A stretch of 64,000 nucleotides of DNA from Lytechinus pictus (taxonomy: Eukaryota): NCBI RefSeq assembly GCF_037042905.1, contig NC_087263.1:4712001-4776000 (forward strand). The letters run 5' to 3'. Numbering within the stretch: position 1 is the first letter of the stretch; every line of letters starts with the position of its first letter. Under the pieces are notes generated by a model, which saw nothing but the letters and a program-made list of their open reading frames with translations, had not been told where the DNA came from and made no database searches. A program made the translations under genes and the position numbers. Positions 1-11,744 of the stretch are shown in pieces.

Positions 1-43
1 ATTGCGTAATGCAGGCGAGACTGCCAGAGGCGTTCCACTTGTT
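1..43 (+). mobile_element. 3' end of a Helentron-type non-autonomous element (HINE/DINE-1-like, family 1), cut by the window edge
   Basis: ATGCAGGCGAGACTGCCAGAGGCGTTCCACTTGTT is identical to the 3' ends of the full copies at 21794-23131 and 41786-43053. Confidence 0.8.
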
Positions 44-1075
44 TTTCAATGAGATCACTTCGTGGTACTATTCCAATTATAAAAAGCAAAGATTTGATTA
101 TTTTCAACCAATCAGTGCAAGAATAATGATGCCTTTGTCAATTATGACTGAAAATAGAATTTCCATTGGATTAAATATGTATACAAAATAATATTTTTGA
201 GCAGATTTTGATATTATGGTATTGTAGATAATGCCATGGGTAACGCGCGTGCCAATTTTCGTCGCGATTGCGAGATCAACAGCCGAGATCATAAGGGGGG
301 CTGAATCAGCCCCCCCCCCCCGTCTTCTTAGGCGTCGAAATAGCCCAGTCTATTTAGGGTTAAGGATAAATCCCTAAATAATTCCCCAAATTCTATGATT
401 TCTAAACAAATGTGCTCCTGAAGAAATGGTAAATCAAATTTCTACTTTTATGTATTTTATTGGTTCTATAATTCCATACGTATTTCTTTGTTTTGGGGCC
501 TTATGTATTTTATAGTTTTTTTTCAATGGGATCACTTCGTGGCACTATTCCAACTATAAAAAGCAAGATTTGATTATTTCCAACCAATTAGTGCAAGAAT
601 AATGATGCATTTGTCAATTATGACTGAAAATAGAATTTCCATTGGATTAAATATGTATACAAAATAATATTTTTGAGCAATTTTCGGTCCAACATGAACT
701 CATAAAATGTTGCGTAACTGCGTATCTGGGCGTCTCGAATTTTGTCTAAAAGCTCTGCGAGAATTGAACGAAAAAAAAAATTGTGGTACCTCGTTTCTCA
801 TTGTGGACTTATCGTGAAAAATGTGGATGGGGGGGCTTATTAAGCCCCCCCCCCCAGGGGCTAGATAGGGTTAATATATCATCATGAATATTTAAAAAAA
901 AACATTTATTTTGTTGCAAGTCACTGGAAAAGGTTTGATTCCTAAATAAATATTATTCTTCATGTATTATCGAATATTTAATTGAAAAATTTAAAGCTAT
1001 CTTTTCATTCTTCTATCTGTTTTTGTTCAATATTTCTTATATGTTTCTTTTTTTTAATTCATTCATCTCGTACAG

Positions 1076-1387
1076 AATTCACCCAAGCCAAGGAATTCCC
1101 CGAAAGAAAGACGTTTTGATTCAGCAAACAACCTCCCAGATACTGCAAAGTCTTCAGCACCTTCATTTCTCGAGGACCACTCCTACTCAATATCAGAAAG
1201 TCCAAGAGGGGTAAAGTGGAAGATAACAGCAATAATGGACTGTATTAAGAACTTGGAGAAGAGGCTGAAAACCACACACGAGAAGTCCCGCCGTGTACAT
1301 TACTTGCTCTTAAGTTTGGACAAACATAACTTGCAAAACTTTACAACAAATAATTACCCCAATGTGCATTCTGATTATTTAAAATAG
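1076..1387 (+). pseudogene. Inverted duplicate of THAP-gene exon 3 (DHSY motif plus coiled coil)
   Basis: Polypyrimidine tract and TACAG acceptor, then an open frame NSPKPRNSPKERRFDS...FLEDHSYSISESPRGVKWKITAIMDCIKNLEKRLKTTHEKSRR... to TAG at 1385-1387. Mirror of 6482-6793. Confidence 0.7.
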
Positions 1388-1576
1388 CTCAATGAAATAG
1401 TTTATCAGTGGGCATGTAACAAAAGTGAATTCATTAAATTTGAACGTGTTGCAAAAATGATGTCTTACAGTATATTCATTTTGACTTAGAATGTCAGAAG
1501 AGAAAAAAGCTTTTGAAAAGTAGGAATGACGGCAAGATGACAGAAGAATAGAACAGGATAGAGCAAGGGGGACAGA

Positions 1577-2183
1577 TAAAGGACAAGTCCACCCCAAAAA
1601 TTGTTGATATGAATAAAAAGATAAAAATCCAACAAGCATAACACTGAAAATTTGATAAAAAATCGGATGTAAAATAAGAAAGTTATGACATTTAAAAATT
1701 TTGCTAAATTTTACAAAAGAGTTATATGCACATTCTGTACACAGTCAGTATGCAAATGAGGAGACTGATGACGTCATCCACTCACTATTTCATTTGATAT
1801 ATAGAATAAGGTATATTCTAATTTTCTCCTTGTCATGTTAAACAAAATTTTATTCCTCCCTGATCATGTGGAATTAGCATTATTCAATACTTTTTTGGTT
1901 CAGTAAAGTTTGTCCTTATGGTAAAATCTGTAAAAAATGAAATATTGTATAATTCAAACAATAAAAAACAAAATAAACAGTGAGTGAGGGACATTATCGA
2001 CTGTCTCATTTGCATGTCACTGAGTTGTGAATATTTTTGTTTTGTGAAAAATAAGTGAACATTTAAAATGCCATAACTTTCTTAGTTTACATCCCATTTT
2101 GATGACATTTTCAGCGTTATGCTAGTTTGATTTTTCTCAATTTAACTGAACCAACAATTTTCTTGGGTAGACTTGACCTTTAC
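1577..2183. mobile_element. TIR MITE with AGG...CCT ends at a TTAA-like site (Kolobok-like)
   Basis: Termini AAGGACAAGTCCACCCC / GGGTAGACTTGACCTTT and long subterminal inverted repeats. Same family as 35903-36319. Absent from the right arm of the inverted duplication. Confidence 0.75.
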
Positions 2184-3442
2184 TAATGAGCTGTTGGATA
2201 GAGACAAAAAGATGAATTGAGATTGAGGGTGATAGAGAAAGAGAGACAGGTGTGGGGGAGCCTTTGATGAATGCCTGAGAAAGCGAACATTACCATAATT
2301 TTTTTTTGAGGATTTGGACAGTAATGAATAGTACATGTTTTTTCTGTTGGTATTTCTCAAAATATGTGTATGTTGTATGTAATGAAATGGGTATAATCCT
2401 TTTGTAAGATACACTCATTCAGAAAATATTAACTAAACAAAAAAAAAAGCCAAATTATATTTTACTTATTTTCAACTGTTCAGACACTCTCATATCAAAA
2501 GTACCCCCCCCCCCTCATTTCAAGGTATTGGAGAGAGAGATAGGTTGGATGAGAAATGGATTGGCTGTCTGCAGAAAAAAATGCAGGGGGAGCAAAACAT
2601 TTTTAGGATATGTTCAAGGGAGCGAAGCGACCGAGCAGAAAAATTATTCTGGGGATATATGTGAGAGAGCAAAGTGACGAGAAGAACAAATGCAGGGGCC
2701 AAAATATTTCGAGAATATGTGAGAGGGAGCAAAGTGACCAAGCAGAAGTAAAAGGAAAGAGGGACAAAAATTGTGGTATGTGTGAGGGAGCAAAGCATCC
2801 GATAAAAAAAACCAGAAAGCAGGTCAATCAAAATATTTTTCGAATTTGTGCTGGTGCGCGACACGTTCACTCCCGAGCAATAGGGACTTGTTTAAAAATG
2901 GCATAGGAAATATGCGTTTTCTATAATCATGGTAAACTGATAATATGGTAGAATTTAGGTGTTGTAAGAGTTAAATTATGAATGAACTGTATTGGCTGGT
3001 TAGACATGCGCAGAGGATTATTTGTCTTTATCCATTTTTATTTTCACATTTTTTTTTGTTTGAATTTATTTTCCAGGGGGGTAAGCCCCCCCTCCCCCAT
3101 TCCTGTGGATACCAATGGGGCGGGGGCTTGGAATAGTGCAAGTTAGAGAGGGTGAATCTGAACTTTATAGATATCAAAAGAGAAAGAAAGAATTGTAAAA
3201 TGAAAATGAATAAAAACAAAGATAGAGAGGGGGAGAGTGAGAAAGCAGGTGAACTTTCGAGGGGCATTAAAAAGTCTCAGATTAAAAACAACATTTTGTT
3301 TTTGTAATTGTTTATTTTATTTACCCAGGGTCAGTCAAAATATTTTGGAATATGTGCGAGGGAGCGACACATTCACTCCCGAGCGGTAGGGACTTGTTTT
3401 AGGAAACATGCGTTTTCTAAGAATGGTAAACCCATATTTTAA

Positions 3443-4854
3443 GGTAAATTGCCAATTCGTCTACTGCCATACAGTCCACTCACCACATGGTCTACCTTCA
3501 TTTTGTCTATAAATGCCATTTCGTCCAATAGCAATTTCGTTTACCACCCATTTAGTCTAATTCTATTAAGGCTAATGCCATCTCCATTAATCAGTTCGTC
3601 CAATGTTCATTTAGTCCAAGCCATGTTGGCTAATATCAGTTGGTCCAATATCCAAATTATCTACCGGATAATTGTCATTTCGTCTATCATTTCGTCCACC
3701 ACCCATTAGGTCCAATAATCAGTTTGTCTAACAACCAAATCGCCCAGTTCGTCCAATTCTCAAATCGTCCAATAGTCATTTAGTCTAATAGCCAATTGGT
3801 CCAATAGCCATGTTGTCTAATACAAATATAATGCATCATCCGGGGGGGGGGGACAAAATGACTTCTTAAATATAACTTGAAATTCCTGAAGATAAAAAAA
3901 TATATAACTAGGCCTGCTATCAGGAATGGAATGATGCGGTACAGCATGCAGCCTCCTACCCCCCCCCCCCCCCCCCGCTCTCTCTACCACATCACGCACA
4001 CAAAAGGGGGAATTGGAGTGGTTAAAAATGATAAAATTGAAATAGGGTCCTTTGATTTGGAATTTACCCTCATTTCTTTTTTTTAACAAATGCACACCTA
4101 AAAAGGATAATCATCACTCATCATATAACAATGATAATAATTGTAATAATAGTAATTAATGATAGTACTAATAAACAAGAAATGTACTATAATAATAACG
4201 ATAACAGCCTTGGACGGTACAAAAAAAATTAAAAAGAGAGAAAAGTGGGAAAGGATGGGGAGAACATTACATAAAAACATAAAATGTATTACAATGGAGC
4301 TTAAAAAAACACTAATAAAAGATTAATCAAACGACAGGTGTAAATTAATAACAAATCACAAGAGCAACAGGAGTCGAGGTAGCAATACACAGGCACCAAA
4401 CTAGAAGGACTGCTAGTAGTAGACTATTCCTATTTGATTGTAGACGAAACGAATATTGACCGGGATGGCAATTGGACCCATTGATGATTAGACCAAATGA
4501 TTGTTAGATGAAATGGGTTTAGACTAAGTGACAGTGGATCAACTGCAGTTGGACAAAATGGAACATAGACAAAATGTAAGTAGACTAAGTGGTCAGTGGC
4601 CATTTGCCCTTAGACCAATTGGCTATTGGACTAAATGGTAATAGACATAATGAAAATGGACAAAGTGGCTATTGGACAAATTGGCCAAAAATGCAATTAG
4701 ACCAAATGAAAGTAGACAAATTGGTTATTAGACGAACTAGCTATTGGACAAAATGGTAATTGGAAGATGTGGAAAAGGAACAACTGATGGTAGATGAAAT
4801 GACATACCATTTGGTGAGTGGACAAAATGGCAGTAGACGAAATGGCAATAAACC
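3443..4854. mobile_element. Foldback-type non-autonomous DNA element with modular TIRs
   Basis: Ends GGTAAATTGCCAATTCGTCTACTGCCAT / ATGGCAGTAGACGAAATGGCAATAAACC. Arms are built of short GTCYAA / TTRGAC subrepeats. Degenerate 8-bp TSD tattttaa/tattatag. Confidence 0.7.
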
Positions 4855-5374
4855 TATTATAGGCCTACGGTAGAATTTAGGTGTTTTACGAGTCAAATTC
4901 TGAATGAACTGTATTGGCTGGTAAGACATGCGGCAAGGATCTGTGTCTCTTATCCATTTTTATTTTTCACATTTCTTTTGTTTGATTTCAGTTTTCAGGG
5001 GAAGCCCCCCCCCCCCCCCCCCTCCTGTGGAAGCCAGTGGGGCTGGGGCTTAGAATAGTGCACGATAGAAAGTGAAAAACCGGAACTTTAGATATCAAAA
5101 GAGAAACAAAGAATTGTAAAAATGGGTGAGCTTTCGAGGGGCATAAGAAAGTCTGAGATTAGAAACATCATTTTTATTTATTTCTTTATTCATTTATTCT
5201 GTTTTATTTACCCAGGGTAGCCTCTTCAGTACAAAACTGCTTTACAAGAGAGCACTGCACATCTAAATGTATTTATCAGCATTAATAGTTTATACATAAT
5301 TTTTAAAATGAGCGCGAAGCTCAGGATAATGTTTGATATTCCAACCAGAAAAATTGGCATTTTAAGCATATAAT

Positions 5375-7880
5375 CCCCTGCCCCATTGGCATCCACAGGA
5401 GGGTGGGCCTTTCTGCCTGGAAACTGAAATCAAAAGAAAAGTGTGGAAAATGGATGAAAGACAAAGATCCTCTGCGCATGTCTTACCAGCAAATGCAGCT
5501 CATTCAGAATCTAACTCTTAGAGCACCTAAATTCTACCGTAGGCCTACAATATGTGTTTACCATGCTTAGAAAACGCATATTTCTTAAGCTATTTTTAAA
5601 CAAGTCCCTACTGCTCAAGAGTGAACGAGTCGCTTCCTCACACATATTCGAAAATATTTTGACCTGCTTTTTTTATCGGTTGCTTTGCTCCCTCACATAC
5701 CCCAACAATTTTATGTCCTCTACATTTCTTCTGCTTGGTCACTTCGCTCCCTCTCACATATTCCCCAAATCTCTTGTCCCTTGCATTTTTCTTCTCTGTC
5801 ATTTCGCTCTCTCGCATATATTGCAAAATAATTTTCTGCTGTCGCTTCGCTCCCTTGCACATATCCCAAAAATGTTTTGCCCCCCCCCGTATTTTTTTTT
5901 CTGCAGACAGCCATGTCCCGTTCATACTCTCTCTCCAATACATTGAAATGATGGGGGGGGGGGCACTTTGGATATGAGAGTTACTGAACAATTGAAAATC
6001 AGTGAATTATTTGGCTTTTTTTTCTTTTGTTTAGTTAATACATGTATTTTCTGTGTGAGTGAAACTTCCGAAGGATTATACCCGTTTCGTTACATAAAAC
6101 ATACAAGTATTTTGAGAAATACCAACAGAAAAAAAAACCCAGATTCTTCCTGACTGTTCAAATCCTTAAAAAAATTATGGTAATCTTCGCTTTCTCAGGC
6201 ATTGATCACAGGCTCCCCCAACACCCGTCTCTCTTTCTCTATCACCCCCATTCTTAATTCATCTTTTTGTCTCTATCCAACAGCTCATTCATAACTATCG
6301 TGTTGTTCTATCCTGTTCTATTCTTCTGTCAGCTTGCTGTCATTCCTACTTTTCACAAACTTTTTTCTCTTCTGACATTCTAAGTCAGAATGAATATACT
6401 GTAAGACGTCATTTTTGCAACACGTTCAAATTTAATGAATGCACTTTTGTTACATGCCCAGTGGTAAACTTTTTCATTGAGCTATTTTAAATAATCAGAA
6501 TGCACATTGGGGTAATTATTTGTTGTAAAGTTTTGCAAGTCATGTTTGTCCAAACTTAAGAGCAAGTAATGTACACGGCGGGACTTCTCGTGTGTGGTTT
6601 TCAGCCTCTTCTCCAAGTTCTTAATACAGTCCATTATTGCTGTTATCTTCCACTTTACCCCTCTTGGACTTTCTGATATTGAGTAGGAGTGGTCCTCGAG
6701 AAATGAAGGTGCTGAAGACTTTGCAGTATCTGGGAGGTTGTTTGCTGAATCAAAACGTCTTTCTTTTGGGGAATTCCTTGGCTTGGATGAACTCTGTACG
6801 AGATGAATGAATTAAAAAAAAGAAACATATAAGAAATATTGAACAAAAACAGATAGAAGAATGAAAAGATAGCTTTAAATTTTTCAATTAAATATTCAAT
6901 AATACATGAAGAATAATATTTATTTAGGAATCAAACCTTTTCCAGTGACTTGCAACAAAATAAATGTTTTTTTTTTTAATATTCATGATGATATATTAAC
7001 CCTATCTAGCCCCTGGGGGGGGGGGGCTTAATAAGCTTAATAAGCCCCCCCATCCACATTTTTCACGATAAGTCCACAATGAGAAACGAGGTACCACAAT
7101 TTTTTTTTTCGTTCAATTCTCGCAGAGCTTTTAGACAAAATTCGAGACGCCCAGATACGCAGTTACGCAACATTTTATGAGTTCATGTTGGACCGAAAAT
7201 TGCTCAAAAATATCATTTTGTATACATATTTAATCCAATGGAAATTCTATTTTCAGTCATAATTGACAAATGCATCATTATTCTTGCACTAATTGGTTGG
7301 AAATAATCAAATCTTGCTTTTTATAATTGGAATAGTGCCACGAAGTGATCCCATTGAAAAAAAAACTATAAAATACATAAGACCCCAAAACAAAGAAATA
7401 CGTATGGAATTATAGAACCAATAAAATACATAAAAGTAGAAATTTGATTTACCATTTCTTCAGGAGCACATTTGTTTAGAAATCATAGAATTTGGGGAAT
7501 TATTTAGGGATTTATCTTTAACCCTAAATAGACTGGGCTATTTCGACGCCTAAGAAGACGGGGGGGGGGGCTGATTCAGCCCCCCTTATGATCTCGGCCG
7601 TTGATCTCGCAATCGCGACGAAAATTGGCACGCGCGTTACCCATGGCATTATCTACAATACCATAATATCAAAATCTGCTCAAAAATATTATTTTGTATA
7701 CATATTTAATCCAATGGAAATTCTATTTCCAGTCATAATTGACAAAGGCATCATTATTCTTGCACTGATTGGTTGAAAATAATCAAATCTTTGCTTTTTA
7801 TAATTGGAATAGTACCACGAAGTGATCTCATTGAAAAACAAGTGGAACGCCTCTGGCAGTCTCGCCTGCATTACGCAATT
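5375..7880. repeat. Right arm of the large inverted duplication
   Basis: Reverse complement of 1-3125. Mirror coordinates sum to ~7869-7880 in the outer part. Confidence 0.9.
6482..6793 (-). pseudogene. THAP-domain pseudogene exon 3 (HCF-1-binding-type DHSY motif plus coiled coil)
   Basis: Minus-strand TACAG acceptor in phase 0, matching the phase-0 donor of the 9431-9636 exon. Encodes ...EDHSYSISESPRGVKWK...IKNLEKRLKTTHEKSRR, the layout that follows the THAP domain in THAP proteins and P-type transposases. Confidence 0.7.
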
Positions 7881-9216
7881 TAATATAGCAGCAGTGCTAA
7901 CTTTGAAAACTACTATAAAATAATCATTCACAAAAACATCATTCATATAATGACATAATACCACGTTCATTGACCATAAATGACATTTGAACGGAGACTT
8001 AAGACTGTCAACTACACCCATGTCCACATTTCATTCACTCTATCCATAAACTTTCAAAGTTATGATGGCACTTCAACAATTACCCCAACATGGCCTAAGT
8101 TTATTGACCTTAACTGACCTTTGACTTGGTTTTGTGACCTGAAACTCACAGAGGATGTTCAGTGATGCTTGATTACTCTTATATCCCAAGTGTTATGAAC
8201 TAGATCCATAAACTTTCAGAGCTAGGATGGTAATTTAACATATACCCCCAACACGGCCAAAGTTCATTGACCTTAAATGACCATTCACCATGGTCATGTG
8301 ACCTGAAACTCGCACAGGATATTCAGTGGTACTTGATTAACCTAATGTCCAAGTTTCATGAACTAAATCCATAAATTTTCAAAGTTATGATGGTAATTCA
8401 ACAAATACCCCCAACTTGGCAAAAGTTCATTGACCCTAAATGACCTTTGACCTTGGTCATGTGACCTGAAACTCAGGCAGGATGTTCACTAATACTTGAT
8501 TAACCTTATGTCCAAGTTTCATGGACTAGATCCATAAATTTTCAAAGTTATGATAGTAATTCAACAAATACCCCCAACTTGACCAAAGTTCATTGACCCT
8601 AAATGACCTTTGACCTTGGTCACGTGACCTGAAACTCGAGCAGGATGTTTACTAATACTTGATTAACCTTATTCCCAAGTTTCATGAACTAGGTCCATAT
8701 GCTTTCTAAGTTATGATGTCATTTCAAAAACTTAACCTTAGGTTAAGATTTGATGTTGACGCCGCCGCCGCCGTCGGAAAAGCGGCGCCTATAGTCTCGC
8801 TCTGCTATGCAGGCGAGACAAAAACCAATAAAATACATAAGGCCCCAAAACTAAGAAATACGTATGGAATTATAGAACCAATACATAAGATTAGAAATTT
8901 GATTTACCATTTTTTTCAGGAGCACATTTGTTTAGAAATCATAGAATTTGGGGAATTATTTAGAGATTTACCTTTAAAGCAGAGAATTCTATATTTAGGC
9001 ATAAATTAGCATTATTAATTTATTAAAAATAAATTTAAATTCTGTAAAATCAGCGATACACCCTTAGCTCCATGCTTGTAGATTACATTGATGGTGACGT
9101 GTGTATTGGTTTTCGTTGCGATCGACGGAGATCTGAAGAGGGGGACCAAAAAGCCTCCCCCCCCCCCCCCGGGCTATGCAATCTAAAAGTAGCCCAGGAT
9201 TATTATGTAGGGTAAA
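7518..9216. mobile_element. piggyBac-like MITE (TTAA|CCCT left end) carrying a nested Helentron-type element
   Basis: Left end TTAACCCTAAATAGACTGGGCTA, right end TAGCCCAGGATTATTATGTAGGGTAAA, with ~100 bp of diverged subterminal inverted similarity. A related left end starts at 6996. Confidence 0.6.
7836..8824 (-). mobile_element. Helentron-type non-autonomous element (HINE family 1) with four ~163-bp central repeats
   Basis: Subterminal inverted repeats GTCTCGCCTGCAT / ATGCAGGCGAGAC, a short 5' stem-loop, a (CGG)n tract and central tandem repeats. Inserted in an A/T run without a TSD; empty paralogous sites at ~7355 and ~10765. Confidence 0.8.
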
Positions 9217-9430
9217 CCAAATTTTTAATATATTTGTTCATTTAGTAAGAGTTTACTGTAAATACACAGTAAAGGCCCAGGTCCATGGTTAGCCTCCCAA
9301 ATAGGATAATTTTCATCTCTATTTGGCTACTGAAAATGGAATATTTAAAGCAATGTTCTATCAAACCAAAGGTAGATAATACAGAGAAAATATTTCTTTA
9401 GAACACATGTATGATATAGATCTACTCTAC

Positions 9431-9636
9431 CTTCTGAAGACGAGGCAGGAAATCAAATATGGTTGGGACAGCATCCTGTCTAAGACGAGTCACTTGCCCA
9501 GTCCTGTCAAAGCTACCATCTTCAAAATGAGCAAAACGGAGTACAAAGCTCTTGGAGGAATTCAATGAAGCTCGCTTCATATTGACCATCCATACTGTGT
9601 TACAGTACCGGTTCAGTCCAACGGCTGAATGGGAAT
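9431..9636 (-). pseudogene. THAP-domain pseudogene exon 2 (C-terminal part of the THAP zinc-binding domain)
   Basis: Acceptor TTTGCTGCAG, then (R)FPFSR, a frameshift, then WMVNMKR...VLRFAHFEDGSFDRTGQVTRLRQDAVPTIFDF...QK and a GTAGAG donor. The THAP W, HF and AVPTIF box are present; the Zn-ligand Cys of LCSxHF is replaced by Arg. Confidence 0.85.
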
Positions 9637-9824
9637 CTGCAGCAAATGTAAACACATGTCATAAAATCAATTACACATAATTAAGAAAATTTGACGCCCC
9701 TGCTTAACGCGATCAGAAATCCATTCAATATGATTGAACTTAATATCATATACAGAAACCAATATGCATATATATATAATTAACAAATTCAGACCTTTGA
9801 ACCGACTTGCATATATAATGAGAT

Positions 9825-10015
9825 GTGACCTTTGACCTGCGGACTCCGAATTCGAACTTAGCCTGTATTTTGTGGTCATCTACCTACACACCAAAATTTT
9901 TTTTTAATCCATTAAATATTTTTCGAGTTATTGCGCGGAAACCCAAGTGGGGGGGGGGGGACGGACAGGGGCAACGCTTAATGCCCCCTCTGGGCTTCGT
10001 CTGTGGGGGCATAAA
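9825..10015 (-). mobile_element. Fragment of Helentron-type element family 2 (5' end plus one central repeat)
   Basis: Matches the unit end at 12363-12567. Minus-strand start TTATGCCCCC...GGGGGCATT. Confidence 0.6.
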
Positions 10016-10277
10016 AACTCTAGGCCTACATGTACTCAGCAGGGGCCCGTTTCTCAACACTTGGACAAGTTAGTCATATAACTTTATCTACCAAACACAG
10101 AGTTAGTTCCAATCTTACCCAAAAGGATTAACTAGAATCCATTGATATCGTATACTATTGGTGGAAAGTACATGAAACGTAGCCTTAGTCACAAAATAGC
10201 ATAATTTTCAAAAAGTAAAATTATGATAAAACCTAATAATAATAATAATCCGCTTTTATATAGCGCTTAATACATCA

Positions 10278-11302
10278 AATGAAAAGATAGCTTAAAATTT
10301 TTCAATTAAATATTTGATAATACATGAAGAATAATATTTATTTAGGAATCAAACCTTTTCCAGTGACTTGCAACAAAATAAATGTTTTTTTTATTTTATA
10401 TTCATGATGATATATTAACCCTATCTAGCCCCTGGGGGGGGGGGGCTTAATAAGCCCCCCTATCCACATTTTTCACGATAAGTCCACAATGAGAAACGAG
10501 GTACCACAATTTTTTTTTCGTTCAATTCTCGCAGAGCTTTTGAGACCAAATTCGAGACGCCCGGATACGCAGTTACCCAACATTTTATGAGTTTATGTTG
10601 GACCAAAAATTGCTAAAAAATATTATTTTGTATACATATTTAATCCAATGGAAATTCTGTTTTCAGTCATAATTGACAAATGCATCATTATTCTTGCACT
10701 GATTGGTTGAAAATAATCAAATCTTTGCTCTTTATAATTGGAATAGTACCACGAAGTGATCCCATTGAAAAAAACCAATAAAATACATAAGGCCCCAAAA
10801 CTAAGAAATACGTATGGAATTATAAAACCAATAAAATACATAAGATTAGAAATTTGATTTACCATTTTTTTCAGGAGCACATTTGATTAGAAATCATAGA
10901 ATTTGGGGAATTATTTAGAGATTTACCTTTAAAGCAGAGAATTCTATATTTAGGCATAAATTAGCATTATTAATTTATTAAAAGTAAATTTAAATTCTGT
11001 AAAATCAGCGATACACCCTTAGCTCCATGCTTGCAGATTACATTGATGGTGACGTGTGTATTGGTTTTCGTTGCGATCGACGGAGATCTGAAGAGGGGGA
11101 CCAAAAAGCCTCCCCCCCCCCCCGGGCTATGCAATCTAAAAGTAGCCCAGGATTATTATGTAGGGTAAACCAAATTTTTTATATATTTGTTCATTTAGTA
11201 AGAGTTTACTGTAAATACACAGTAAAGGCCCAGGTCCATGGTTACCCTCCCAAATAGGATAATTTTCATCTCTATTTGGCTACTGAAAATGGAATATTTA
11301 AA
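10278..11302. repeat. ~1-kb direct duplication of 6860-9349 lacking its internal ~1.5 kb; includes a piggyBac-like MITE at 10415-11169
   Basis: Shared start AATGAAAAGATAGC (6860/10278) and shared end GGCTACTGAAAATGGAATATTTAAA (9349/11302). Confidence 0.85.
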
Positions 11303-11744
11303 AAAAAAGGAGGAATTACCTCCTTTTTTGTTGGAAAAGTATTGTAGGATATGATTTTAATTACTGAATATGTTAAAAAATAGCTCAAAGTTATATTCTC
11401 ATGAAAAGTTGATTTTTTTTCTCGCTCGCTTCGCTCGCTCAGGACTTATATATATATATATATAAAGCAGCCTTTTGGCACATGTTCTATACTGCGCCCC
11501 TCGTTGTTTTTTTGTTTTGTTTTTTACTCTTCACGCTACTGCCGCAAATAATCCTCTTCACAGTGGCGCGTACAGACCACCGTGACAAAAAAGGAATCTA
11601 AAGAGAGAAGAATTAAATAAATTTATTATCTGGATATCATGTCAAAATCTATCACAAAATTGGATTTTTGTATTAAAAAGGTAAAAAAGAAATTGCTCGC
11701 TCGCTTCGCTCGCTCGCAACTTTTTTTAAAGATAAGTTCTGGCC

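Larger units (their letters stand above)
1..3125. repeat. Left arm of a large inverted duplication
   Basis: Reverse complement of ~5375-7880. Mirrored ORFs 104..292(-)/7588..7776(+) and 1023..1214(+)/6655..6846(-) differ by only 1-2 aa. The inner part is more diverged and carries an extra MITE at 1577-2183. Confidence 0.9.

Noticed and set aside
2142-6153. Several 60-130 aa ORFs on both strands in the inner palindrome arms
   Set aside because: Low-complexity repeat-derived sequence; frames are not preserved between the mirrored arms.
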